Part shown: positions 1 to 12,000 of the stretch, one piece after another | How positions within the stretch are numbered: position 1 is the first letter of the stretch | Layout of the letters: the number at the start of each line of letters is the position of its first letter | Source of the DNA: Albugo candida | Lineage: Eukaryota | NCBI GenBank assembly: GCA_040437565.1 | Contig: JBDOQK010000004.1 | Coordinates: 682,001-746,000, forward strand | Direction of reading: 5' to 3' | Length of the DNA: 64,000 nucleotides | Position numbers and translations under genes: made by a program | The notes under the pieces: generated by a model | What the model was told of the DNA's origin: nothing | Databases searched by the model: none | What the model saw: the letters and a program-made list of their open reading frames with translations, nothing else

Positions 1-10
1 AGTTTTGGTG

Positions 11-50
11 AGTCAATTAGTCAATTAGTCAATTAGTCAATTAGTCAATG
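11..50. repeat. Tandem repeat (AGTCAATT)x5
   Basis: Four exact AGTCAATT units followed by AGTCAATG. Confidence 0.95.
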
Positions 51-944
51 GCCACAGTAAAATTCCTCTCTTCTGCAGACAACAAGATGAAAAAAAAACA
101 ATTCGGTCAGTGAGTGAACAAGCCGCTGACTACGTACTATGTAGAGCGGCAAATGTTTAACATTGTCAGTTGCTTCGATAGGTACTTCCTTAGTATTAGT
201 GCAAGATATGGCACTCTCGCATCGGCTTTTGCAATATGTACCAACTGATCAAAGTTGGCGAGATTATTCTTGGAAGCACAAAATTCGCGATACTTGTAGG
301 CGAATGTGCATATATATAACTACAATCTTGCTGAGAATCTGACCTCATTTTGCTAGACGCTGAATATCAATCTAATTGACGGTATTGGTGTCGTCTTTTA
401 CGTACTGAACACAGTGTTCCATACAAACAGCGGTGACTGTAGCCGTAGATCTTAGTTACATTGTAGTACCTTGCTTTTCTCTATCGCACTTCGATGATAA
501 TTTGAGTTGACTACGCAAAAGTGGCGTTTGGTCTCCAGAATCGAATATACCATAGAAAGAGCATAGAAACGTAAGTAAACGAGGACCGGAGCTAACGTGA
601 AATCTTTTATGCTGATCTGCGATCTTCCTTGCGTTCAGCTCACAAACTTACTTGCTCTTTGCAGCTTAGATAAATGACTAAGCAGACGATTGTGTGCGAC
701 TGACTCTGGTGCCAATGAATAGCTGAAGGAGTTGAATGAACCTATACGACAAAACAGCAGCTGGTGTCCATTGCTGTAAGTCTATTCAGTGTAGACTTTT
801 GATAGTTGCGGTGCAACGCTTCGATAGTGTATAATTGAAGGATGTTGTTATGAGAAAAGATCAAGTTGATATATTACTCTTTTGACAGATAAAATATCGT
901 TAATCTGGTGGGAATGATGGTAATGGTCGATAAGAAGACGATTA

Positions 945-2906
945 TCACTTTTTCAATCTGACTCCTTTGCCATATGCAACATTACAAAACTTTGATGGAA
1001 TTTTATGCTTTGTTTCCAGATATGTCACAAACTCCTGTGCCATCTGACCGGAAACCATCACTTCTGCGCGATTAGCATGCGCGGGATTGGTTGTGACTGT
1101 CGCATTGCATCCCCACATTCTGCGCACTTCTTTAGCACATTCACTTATATCGACTTGATAACTTTCCAGATTTGCCACAGTTGTTGCGATCGAGTTTTTG
1201 ATTTTCTTCGCACATATCTCAATTTTAATCATTTCTCCACGGCTTATCTTTTCTGATCCTGAAGGAAGCTTGATGCGATGATATTTTACGCAATGTTTGC
1301 TGTTTGGCGCAAATAAGAGGCTGATGATATCTTTTCGAGGTAACTTGACAGGATATTTTTCCATCAAAGCTAGCTTTTTCGGATACAGTATGTCGATCAG
1401 ATTACCATCTAATCGCACGAATGATTTGTTCCTAGCATCATCGAGGCCAGCTTTTTGTGCATACTGCCAAAGAAGAATTCGTACATCGTGAGCGGTAAAG
1501 TAGGCCGTGGTTTTTGACTCGTGTTGCAGCTCCTCTGGACCAATCAGTCTGTATAAATCTGGAGAAAGACGATACAATTCTTCTACCACTGGAGCCTTTT
1601 GAGTTTGATCATTTGCAAGAGTTGAAGCTTGGTGTTCTGCCTCGCTTTCCATGAAATAGGATTTGTGGGAGACTACATGGCTGAAAAAATACGGAGTTTG
1701 ATCGGTTATACAACGTAAGCAAGAAATGTTTACGTACGGGTGGCGCCGATCAACAGCTGTAACAGACTGGATCCCATCTTTCTCTTCGATCTCTATCACT
1801 CCCTCAGTTGCCATATGTCTTAGAAATACGGATACTTGTTTGTACGAGCTCCGCTTTATCTCTAAGACATGCCCAGCTCGACGACAGGGCAACAAAATGC
1901 TAGCGAAGAAGATATTTGTCAGCATTGGGAGCTGTTTCTGCTTGACAGCTCCAACTTTAATAGCCTGAAAAAAGCTCTCATCAATCCATTTATCAATCAA
2001 ACTCTTGTCCGATGTCGTCATGGGTTCTTTCAATTCGATATGCGGTGCATCGGATGTTCCGTCTTGCGCTTGCGCACTTGACTGGCTCTCCCCACCTTGC
2101 TGGTCCTGAGGGTGACTTGCTCGAGATATCTCCGCAAGGGAAAAGCCGTCATTGGGTGCGCTTTGTGTTCCAATTTTCCATAACTCATCGCCATACATAT
2201 GCCATACTTTTATTAGCTTCCCTTTCCTTGTGAGTTTTGGTTTCTTCATCATGCTTTGCAGCTCTTTAGGGTCCATCAGAAGTTGACCTACTGCAAAGGG
2301 ATACGGATTTTCCTCTGTACAGATTGCCCACATCGATCCTGCCTGCACTTGACCCCACAAAGTGTCACTTTCTGAGATCAGTTTCGTACAATCGGCGCCT
2401 TCGGTTGGCACAAGTGTACAGATATTCATACTGACAACACCGGGAAGCATAAGATCGGCTCCTCGCAATATATATTTGCTCGCTTGGCTATCAATTATGA
2501 TTGTCGGAAGTAGTTGAATGTTATTCTGAATACCTCGCCAGATCGCATACACTCATAAAATGAAAAAAGAGGCTGTCACGTTTAGCTGTACGCCAAAAAC
2601 ATCTAAAAAATTAGGATGTATACCTGTATAGCATAGATCTTTCTTCCCAGAAATATCCGCAAATATGGGTGCATTGCATTCTTCATCGATATAAACTAGC
2701 ATGCGTGATGGAGGCGATAAGCCAACCCTTTTCAGCCGACCAGAAACAAGCTTTTTATGCAAGTTTTGTGCGTGAAGCTGAAATTGATCACTACTTTCCA
2801 CCGATTTTTTGTATGTATTTTGACTTGCTAGTGTCTCACATAGCTTTTTCACATCTTTTTTCTTCAACAAGGTGCTTGTCGATAGCTTTATCGGTTTGTC
2901 GAACAT
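945..2906 (-). CDS. eIF2D: Eukaryotic translation initiation factor 2D / ligatin (PUA, SWIB, SUI1 domains), multi-exon
   Basis: N-terminus MFDKPIKLSTSTLLKKKDVKKL; PUA motif YILRGADLMLPGV; IKRSSYKQVSVFL; SUI1-like C-terminus (TTVANLESYQVD...EVMVSGQM). GT-AG intron 2552-2623 joins the two ORFs in frame (DLCYT|VYAIW). A probable second, in-frame intron lies near 1681-1737. Confidence 0.9.
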
Positions 2907-3488
2907 AATCGATTTTTCGATTCTTGCAAGCTTTTAAGTTGATTATTAGCCAATCAAAAATTTGATATGTGCGCTTATATAATTTTCCTACTAAAAGAAA
3001 AAAAGCATGAAGCAAACTGATACACGATACACAGCGCATAATCGCTCATGCTAGTGAGACCGCAATCAAACATAGGATGCATTTTGTAAATCTTGATTCA
3101 AAATATCATTCTGCATCTACTCCCTAACTCGAGGTGCTCCGTCCCATCCTCCCAATTATTCTGGATGTATCAGCGAGGTTAACTTTTACGTATCTCGCTC
3201 AACGCCAAGTCAGTTTTTACGTACTGACTTTATTGGATGCAGAAGACCTCTTCTCGGAACAATCCGATGCTAAGTCATTGTATCCAATTTGTATGCGCAC
3301 CCTGGAAATGTCGATATTAGTGCAATCGACTTTGATGTAATGCATCCGTTCAATTCGTCAGTACTCTGTCATATTGATAATTCGTGTGTCCTTTAGCCAC
3401 ACAATCAAAAATCAAATTTGCATTATTAGAAATTTCGAGTCTCACAGAGTGATTCACTTCTATCAACTCAAATTATTTCATTTTTGAA

Positions 3489-5264
3489 CTAGGAGCTTAA
3501 AGCCTTCACAGCACCCTTCTGTAGCATATCAAATGCTGCTGTCCACTTGTTGAATTCGCGCGCAGTAGAGGCGATCAAAATCAATTTCTTTCCCGCTTTT
3601 GCAATCTCTGGCGTTGTTATGGCAATTGTGAAGCCTTTTGGATCGATCACTTCAATTTTTGCATTTTTGAGATCAATTGTACTACTTTTGGCATCAGAAG
3701 AATGAACCATTTGCTCCTTCTTGTAACCCGTCAGTTCATTTCTTCTCAATACAAAGTATCGACGTTTCGAGCCAAATAGGCGACGAGTGCTTGATACTTT
3801 CAGATATCCTTGCGTGCATGTGAACGGTAATATAGCTCGAACCCAAATCACAGCGCCAATGAAGTTATCAATGAGCACATATTCTTGTTTGGAAGTCGAA
3901 ATGTGGAGCTCGCCGGATTTGCTTCGAGAACTGACAGTCACAACATGAGAACACATAATCTCATCCTCCAGTAGGTTTGATTCTTTGTTGATGAACAAAA
4001 TTCGTTCGTGATCTGTCAAAAGCATGTGATATCGTTTTTTCCGATTCAAAGACACTGGACCTGCCAGCAAAATATTTTCCCGTGTTTTCAAGAGATGATC
4101 CCAAATTCGCATTGCGGGCGAGCGTACTATTGCAACTATGGCGTTTCGATTATTTCTTCGTATGGCGCAAAGCAGATCTGGTCTTGTTGCTACAATCATT
4201 TCCTTAAGTATTCGGGCCTCTTTACAAGAGATGATACCATCGATGGCTAACGCTTCGCAGTAATCGAGCATATCTTCAAGTAACATTGAATCACCGACGA
4301 CGGAGCTCATATTACTTCCATTTGAGTTACGTCGGGCATTTCCTATGCGAGGCGATGGGCCAACTGTCGATGCAAATGAAAACCGAGGAACGAGTCCTTG
4401 ATGTGAAGGTGTCGAAGACGCGGCCGAAGAAGTCGTGACAGTCGACTGTGTAAATGTTGATGACTGCGAACGTCTGAATACAATAATCATCGGTCTTGTT
4501 TTTCTACTAAGTAAGCTGATAGCACGACTGTACTCATCACATCCATTCAGTATGTGGCCATCGATTGCATGAATGATGTCGTTTACTCTCACACCATGAG
4601 CCTCGGCATACCCAATGATATTACGGTGTCCCATAGGAAGTTCCGTCACGATTATATTTTGATCATTGGAGCTGATGGTCATATTCAAATTCGAAACACG
4701 AAATTCAACTGCGAATAAACCTTCGCGTGGAAATGGTCGGAAAAAGTCTATTGTGAGTGGACGAGTAGTATCCTGTAGCATGTACAGCGCGTTCTCAAAT
4801 GACTTCTCAAGCGTTCTTTGTCCCTGGACTTTATAGATTATATCATTCGCTTGTATTTTTTTCGATTTTTCTGCTGCTCCAAGTGATCCATCTGGATTTC
4901 TTTTAAATTGATGCACCACTACACAATCTTGCCGTTCATGCACAGTCATCCCAATCGCTCTTTCGTGAAATGTAACTTGAAATACTTCATTGTGCTTGAT
5001 CGGGGCAAGCGTATCTGTCTTGGACGATAAACACAGACAAACTGGATCATTTATGCGCATCAGTTCGTTCTTATTGATATTCACAAGACTAGAATTTGCG
5101 AGATCAATAAGATCCACCCAGGCTTCTTCTGATACCCCAAATTTCTCGCGTAGCTGTGATTCAATCATTGACGCAAATTGCTGGTCTGGAAAGTTAATAT
5201 CCCATGTAATCGTGCGAGTCGCACCGTCATCTAAATCGATAATTCGAAGACTACATGACTCCAT
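3489..5264 (-). CDS. PDZ-PDZ-PH-PH domain protein, copy 1 (591 aa)
   Basis: Two PDZ-like units (FQVTFHERAIGM...IQANDIIYKVQG; FAVEFRVSNLNM...GVRVNDIIHAIDG), a PDK1-type PH (ENILLAGPV...MLLTDHERILFIN) and a canonical PH (QGYLKV...KRRYFVL...EFNKWTAAF). Single exon. Confidence 0.75.
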   Translation of the reverse strand: MESCSLRIIDLDDGATRTITWDINFPDQQFASMIESQLREKFGVSEEAWVDLIDLANSSLVNINKNELMRINDPVCLCLSSKTDTLAPIKHNEVFQVTFHERAIGMTVHERQDCVVVHQFKRNPDGSLGAAEKSKKIQANDIIYKVQGQRTLEKSFENALYMLQDTTRPLTIDFFRPFPREGLFAVEFRVSNLNMTISSNDQNIIVTELPMGHRNIIGYAEAHGVRVNDIIHAIDGHILNGCDEYSRAISLLSRKTRPMIIVFRRSQSSTFTQSTVTTSSAASSTPSHQGLVPRFSFASTVGPSPRIGNARRNSNGSNMSSVVGDSMLLEDMLDYCEALAIDGIISCKEARILKEMIVATRPDLLCAIRRNNRNAIVAIVRSPAMRIWDHLLKTRENILLAGPVSLNRKKRYHMLLTDHERILFINKESNLLEDEIMCSHVVTVSSRSKSGELHISTSKQEYVLIDNFIGAVIWVRAILPFTCTQGYLKVSSTRRLFGSKRRYFVLRRNELTGYKKEQMVHSSDAKSSTIDLKNAKIEVIDPKGFTIAITTPEIAKAGKKLILIASTAREFNKWTAAFDMLQKGAVKALSS

Positions 5265-5594
5265 GATGTGTTATGTACGGCTACGTCGGCGAATCACAGA
5301 CAGATACTGTCTAATGTGACGTAAAAGTGAGAATCAACCAAACGAGATTGAAAGTAAAAGCAGAAATGAGTTCAGATTGTATTGCCAATATTATCCGATT
5401 CACTAGATGACTTCGAAATGTATGCCCAATCAAAATATTCGAAACTTCTAATATTCTTTTTCATTCGCAGATCAGATACACACGGTACAGTGCTCTCAGG
5501 ACTACCATGTTATTTTATCGATTATTCTCACCCTAAAAATTTCTGACGACACGAAATTATAGGATGCATACGTATGGTTAAAATTTAGTTGAAA

Positions 5595-6613
5595 ATGACT
5601 ATACCGAAAGAAGATACAAACGTGTTACTCGATAAACTGAGACATCCTCTTGCAAGCATACGCAAACGTGCTGTCAAGCGCCTGCTATCGAAGCTAGGAT
5701 CAAGCTCGCTACAGCTTGGAAAGTTTCAACTTTACACCAATCTTCTGCACGCTTTATGTGACTCGGAGATTGCCGATGATGCACTGACTGCTCTTCGAAT
5801 CGCACTCAGCAAACAAGTAAGTCTATACAGTTGAGCTCAATCAAAGACTCACCTCTTACTATATTAAGGCATGCAATGGAATGGATCACATTTCGAAACA
5901 GAATCTGACACACCAACTCCAAGAAATATTCGACAATCCTTCCTTACCAGCTCAAACAAAACAGATTCTGAATGAGGTAGGAAATTGCTGTCAATCAGAG
6001 CTTATTTCTAAGAGTCAAACTAGTTCCGGACGCAATTGTACTCTGTAGACACGAAACTCGCGGATTCACTGGAATCTGTGTATTCATGCCAAGATGAAAA
6101 ATCAACAAAGGCGATCGAAGACAAAGTCAAGTGTGTAAAAGTTAAAGAGTTTATCAAGCAGTCGCACATTGATAAGATCCACGCTGGTTCTACGCTCCTT
6201 GGATGGAAATTTCCGTTTATTGCATTGACGCCCGCAGACGAAGAACATCTCTTGGAATTTCACGTCAAGTTGACAATGCGTACGGCTTATAAAGAGATTG
6301 TACAAATGCTACAGGAATTTCAACATATACTGATTCCCAATTTTCCGGCTCAATGTTTTCTGCAAAAACCAGAGATTTTGCAGTATATTGTCCATCTCAC
6401 TCAATTACCATTTACTCACCATCAAGTTGACGGGGAGAGGAATGCGGGAAAAGGCTGCCATTCATTTGGAGTTAATTATTTTGACAATCAGGACTCGTCA
6501 GCGTTTTCAAGTAGATTCTCAGAGTCTGCGGTCTGTGTAGTGATCACGAGTCTGCAGGTGCTGGAATCTTGGACCCATTCTTGTCTGTCAGCTTCGACAT
6601 GGATTGCTGTAGA
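5595..6613 (+). other. Duplicate 5' part of the rotatin gene, truncated at the gap (artefact copy)
   Basis: Same sequence as 9086-10104; ends exactly at the N-run. Confidence 0.8.
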
Positions 6614-6979
6614 NNNNNNNNNNNNNNNNNNNNNNNNNNNNNNNNNNNNNNNNNNNNNNNNNNNNNNNNNNNNNNNNNNNNNNNNNNNNNNNNNNNNNNN
6701 NNNNNNNNNNNNNACTGACTTTATTGGATGCAGAAGACCTCTTCTCGGAACAATCCGATGCTAAGTCATTGTATCCAATTTGTATGCGCACCCTGGAAAT
6801 GTCGATATTAGTGCAATCGACTTTGATGTAATGCATCCGTTCAATTCGTCAGTACTCTGTCATATTGATAATTCGTGTGTCCTTTAGCCACACAATCAAA
6901 AATCAAATTTGCATTATTAGAAATTTCGAGTCTCACAGAGTGATTCACTTCTATCAACTCAAATTATTTCATTTTTGAA

Positions 6980-8755
6980 CTAGGAGCTTAAAGCCTTCAC
7001 AGCACCCTTCTGTAGCATATCAAATGCTGCTGTCCACTTGTTGAATTCGCGCGCAGTAGAGGCGATCAAAATCAATTTCTTTCCCGCTTTTGCAATCTCT
7101 GGCGTTGTTATGGCAATTGTGAAGCCTTTTGGATCGATCACTTCAATTTTTGCATTTTTGAGATCAATTGTACTACTTTTGGCATCAGAAGAATGAACCA
7201 TTTGCTCCTTCTTGTAACCCGTCAGTTCATTTCTTCTCAATACAAAGTATCGACGTTTCGAGCCAAATAGGCGACGAGTGCTTGATACTTTCAGATATCC
7301 TTGCGTGCATGTGAACGGTAATATAGCTCGAACCCAAATCACAGCGCCAATGAAGTTATCAATGAGCACATATTCTTGTTTGGAAGTCGAAATGTGGAGC
7401 TCGCCGGATTTGCTTCGAGAACTGACAGTCACAACATGAGAACACATAATCTCATCCTCCAGTAGGTTTGATTCTTTGTTGATGAACAAAATTCGTTCGT
7501 GATCTGTCAAAAGCATGTGATATCGTTTTTTCCGATTCAAAGACACTGGACCTGCCAGCAAAATATTTTCCCGTGTTTTCAAGAGATGATCCCAAATTCG
7601 CATTGCGGGCGAGCGTACTATTGCAACTATGGCGTTTCGATTATTTCTTCGTATGGCGCAAAGCAGATCTGGTCTTGTTGCTACAATCATTTCCTTAAGT
7701 ATTCGGGCCTCTTTACAAGAGATGATACCATCGATGGCTAACGCTTCGCAGTAATCGAGCATATCTTCAAGTAACATTGAATCACCGACGACGGAGCTCA
7801 TATTACTTCCATTTGAGTTACGTCGGGCATTTCCTATGCGAGGCGATGGGCCAACTGTCGATGCAAATGAAAACCGAGGAACGAGTCCTTGATGTGAAGG
7901 TGTCGAAGACGCGGCCGAAGAAGTCGTGACAGTCGACTGTGTAAATGTTGATGACTGCGAACGTCTGAATACAATAATCATCGGTCTTGTTTTTCTACTA
8001 AGTAAGCTGATAGCACGACTGTACTCATCACATCCATTCAGTATGTGGCCATCGATTGCATGAATGATGTCGTTTACTCTCACACCATGAGCCTCGGCAT
8101 ACCCAATGATATTACGGTGTCCCATAGGAAGTTCCGTCACGATTATATTTTGATCATTGGAGCTGATGGTCATATTCAAATTCGAAACACGAAATTCAAC
8201 TGCGAATAAACCTTCGCGTGGAAATGGTCGGAAAAAGTCTATTGTGAGTGGACGAGTAGTATCCTGTAGCATGTACAGCGCGTTCTCAAATGACTTCTCA
8301 AGCGTTCTTTGTCCCTGGACTTTATAGATTATATCATTCGCTTGTATTTTTTTCGATTTTTCTGCTGCTCCAAGTGATCCATCTGGATTTCTTTTAAATT
8401 GATGCACCACTACACAATCTTGCCGTTCATGCACAGTCATCCCAATCGCTCTTTCGTGAAATGTAACTTGAAATACTTCATTGTGCTTGATCGGGGCAAG
8501 CGTATCTGTCTTGGACGATAAACACAGACAAACTGGATCATTTATGCGCATCAGTTCGTTCTTATTGATATTCACAAGACTAGAATTTGCGAGATCAATA
8601 AGATCCACCCAGGCTTCTTCTGATACCCCAAATTTCTCGCGTAGCTGTGATTCAATCATTGACGCAAATTGCTGGTCTGGAAAGTTAATATCCCATGTAA
8701 TCGTGCGAGTCGCACCGTCATCTAAATCGATAATTCGAAGACTACATGACTCCAT
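6980..8755 (-). CDS. PDZ-PDZ-PH-PH domain protein, copy 2 (identical to copy 1; probably the same locus)
   Basis: Translation identical to 3489-5264. Confidence 0.75.
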   Translation of the reverse strand: MESCSLRIIDLDDGATRTITWDINFPDQQFASMIESQLREKFGVSEEAWVDLIDLANSSLVNINKNELMRINDPVCLCLSSKTDTLAPIKHNEVFQVTFHERAIGMTVHERQDCVVVHQFKRNPDGSLGAAEKSKKIQANDIIYKVQGQRTLEKSFENALYMLQDTTRPLTIDFFRPFPREGLFAVEFRVSNLNMTISSNDQNIIVTELPMGHRNIIGYAEAHGVRVNDIIHAIDGHILNGCDEYSRAISLLSRKTRPMIIVFRRSQSSTFTQSTVTTSSAASSTPSHQGLVPRFSFASTVGPSPRIGNARRNSNGSNMSSVVGDSMLLEDMLDYCEALAIDGIISCKEARILKEMIVATRPDLLCAIRRNNRNAIVAIVRSPAMRIWDHLLKTRENILLAGPVSLNRKKRYHMLLTDHERILFINKESNLLEDEIMCSHVVTVSSRSKSGELHISTSKQEYVLIDNFIGAVIWVRAILPFTCTQGYLKVSSTRRLFGSKRRYFVLRRNELTGYKKEQMVHSSDAKSSTIDLKNAKIEVIDPKGFTIAITTPEIAKAGKKLILIASTAREFNKWTAAFDMLQKGAVKALSS

Positions 8756-9085
8756 GATGTGTTATGTACGGCTACGTCGGCGAATCACAGACAGATACTG
8801 TCTAATGTGACGTAAAAGTGAGAATCAACCAAACGAGATTGAAAGTAAAAGCAGAAATGAGTTCAGATTGTATTGCCAATATTATCCGATTCACTAGATG
8901 ACTTCGAAATGTATGCCCAATCAAAATATTCGAAACTTCTAATATTCTTTTTCATTCGCAGATCAGATACACACGGTACAGTGCTCTCAGGACTACCATG
9001 TTATTTTATCGATTATTCTCACCCTAAAAATTTCTGACGACACGAAATTATAGGATGCATACGTATGGTTAAAATTTAGTTGAAA

Positions 9086-12000
9086 ATGACTATACCGAAA
9101 GAAGATACAAACGTGTTACTCGATAAACTGAGACATCCTCTTGCAAGCATACGCAAACGTGCTGTCAAGCGCCTGCTATCGAAGCTAGGATCAAGCTCGC
9201 TACAGCTTGGAAAGTTTCAACTTTACACCAATCTTCTGCACGCTTTATGTGACTCGGAGATTGCCGATGATGCACTGACTGCTCTTCGAATCGCACTCAG
9301 CAAACAAGTAAGTCTATACAGTTGAGCTCAATCAAAGACTCACCTCTTACTATATTAAGGCATGCAATGGAATGGATCACATTTCGAAACAGAATCTGAC
9401 ACACCAACTCCAAGAAATATTCGACAATCCTTCCTTACCAGCTCAAACAAAACAGATTCTGAATGAGGTAGGAAATTGCTGTCAATCAGAGCTTATTTCT
9501 AAGAGTCAAACTAGTTCCGGACGCAATTGTACTCTGTAGACACGAAACTCGCGGATTCACTGGAATCTGTGTATTCATGCCAAGATGAAAAATCAACAAA
9601 GGCGATCGAAGACAAAGTCAAGTGTGTAAAAGTTAAAGAGTTTATCAAGCAGTCGCACATTGATAAGATCCACGCTGGTTCTACGCTCCTTGGATGGAAA
9701 TTTCCGTTTATTGCATTGACGCCCGCAGACGAAGAACATCTCTTGGAATTTCACGTCAAGTTGACAATGCGTACGGCTTATAAAGAGATTGTACAAATGC
9801 TACAGGAATTTCAACATATACTGATTCCCAATTTTCCGGCTCAATGTTTTCTGCAAAAACCAGAGATTTTGCAGTATATTGTCCATCTCACTCAATTACC
9901 ATTTACTCACCATCAAGTTGACGGGGAGAGGAATGCGGGAAAAGGCTGCCATTCATTTGGAGTTAATTATTTTGACAATCAGGACTCGTCAGCGTTTTCA
10001 AGTAGATTCTCAGAGTCTGCGGTCTGTGTAGTGATCACGAGTCTGCAGGTGCTGGAATCTTGGACCCATTCTTGTCTGTCAGCTTCGACATGGATTGCTG
10101 TAGACCCGTCATACAATTGTTATGAGTCAACACTTGAAGCTTCGAAAGTCAGCGAACTTGATCATCGAAAACGATATTTTCCACAAGTGAATTGTGCAAA
10201 GTACAATGAACAGATTTCGCAGTCAATATACTCTCTCAGTGGATTTGTGTTTCACATGTTTGATGAATTGCTGTCTCTTGTGCCATCTGAACATCATCCT
10301 CAGCTGCAAATATTGAATCTCTTGCACGCAAGTGTACCGCTATTATTGCACGAGGAAACATCTTGGCCTACCTCAAATGCAAATGTGAGGCCTCAGCACA
10401 GGCTACATTGCCAACTTATATTTGATAAGATCGAAGCGGTCTACTCGCTCGTTGAGGCCGGAGCTCCGATCAGCGTACTCTGGCGATTCGTGCAGCTTAT
10501 CAAAGAACTCTTGGTACAACTTCCTCCGCATGCCTTCAAAGTATCTAAAGACGGATCAATCGATCACAACCAAATCATTAAAAACGATACGCGAGAAAGC
10601 TTGGAGCTTGATCAAGTAAAACAAACAGATTGTGTCAATCTACCTGCATTATTCTGGTACAACTTTACAAGTTATGTTGTAAGGCATTTGGTCTCTTTGG
10701 AATCACAGCCGAAAGAAGCCAACTCGATGATTTGCACCGAGCTAAACCAACTCTACACCGTCATGGAAACTATCGATGATTCTGTCAAGCGATACCGCGA
10801 TATTGTAGAAAGTATCATCCATTGGCAAAGCGTAGTCGCCGAATTTATCAGAGAAGTGAAGTGTCCAAATAGGGGGCAAAAGCCATCCATCGCAACATAT
10901 ACAAATCCTCTGGATCAATGCTCCAAAATCGTCAACCATCTTCATCTTCTGAAAGAGGAAGAAATCAATAGCGTGAGACATGGCCTTCTCCGGGTGCTTT
11001 CAGATTGTTGCGATTCAACTTTCCAGGTGGATTGTAATGAACAAATTGTAAAACACCTCGCAAAACTGTACACAATTCTTTTACCAGCGAGTATTGAAAA
11101 TGCACACGATCAAGTCAAGAAGAAAAACAATGTCGCTAGTCAATTTCTAGAGTATCTTTCCAGCTGGATGAATGGGACAGGTTTGGCTAGAAACGTTCAA
11201 AACTCATTGATGTCAGAACTCTTACAAAATACCCAATTGATCAGCGAGGTTCTGACTCATTTAACCTGCGAATGCAATAGAGGATGCAGTACACTTTGGT
11301 CAATTGCGGACAAGATCATGCAAGCTGGAGTTCTCGCTGCTATTAGTGATGATGGGTCACAGAGACTCCATCAGCTCGTTCCTATTCTCCAGCACGTGGC
11401 ATACTGTGAGTTTGATCTCAATCACGAAATCGTTACTGATATCATCCATGCAACGCAACAAAATGTTCTCAACATTCTCAGTTGCATTGAAGATAGTCTT
11501 TCTATCACAGAGCGGATTCTCTCACTCACTCGCAAACTCTGTCATCGATCTGAACAAGTCCGGAGAGCAGCGGGTGTCAAGTTATATGAGATCCTTGAGG
11601 TCAGTAACACAGACGAAAATGAAGCCGACCAGGGGACCAAGCCAAACTTCGATCCGTTTGCGCAGTGTTTGAAAAAAGGCGTAACTTTTTTTGCATCTGA
11701 ATCAGCTGCATATCAAGATAGTAATAGACCGACTGTATCATGGATCTTGATGCAAATTCGCCAGTTCCGTCAGATCATACAGACCCAGCCTCGAAATTCT
11801 TCCATCTATTCACATGGTGTTCGGGAGCTATCAACTTTTGTTGTCAAAGTACCATCAAATCAAATGCAATTTGTAGAACAAAGTGAAGACTTTATAGAGA
11901 TTTTCATCGCTGTCAGTGGTGACATCATTAGCTCAAATGAGCATATGCCGTCAATGGAAGATTTGTTGCAAGTCATCTTTGTAATGCTCAAGAGAAGCGG

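Larger units (their letters stand above)
3223..10104. repeat. 3.39 kb direct duplication around N-gap 6614-6713 (3223-6613 = 6714-10104), probable assembly artefact
   Basis: Constant offset of 3491; translated ORFs are identical in both copies; the copies abut the gap. Confidence 0.9.

Noticed and set aside
11-50. Possible telomeric or CRISPR-like repeat
   Set aside because: Only five 8-mers without spacers; not TTTAGGG/TTAGGG-like.
3223-10104. Apparent tandem duplication of the PDZ/PH gene and rotatin 5' end
   Set aside because: The copies look identical and meet exactly at a 100-N gap; the same pattern occurs at most gaps, so these are unmerged contig overlaps.
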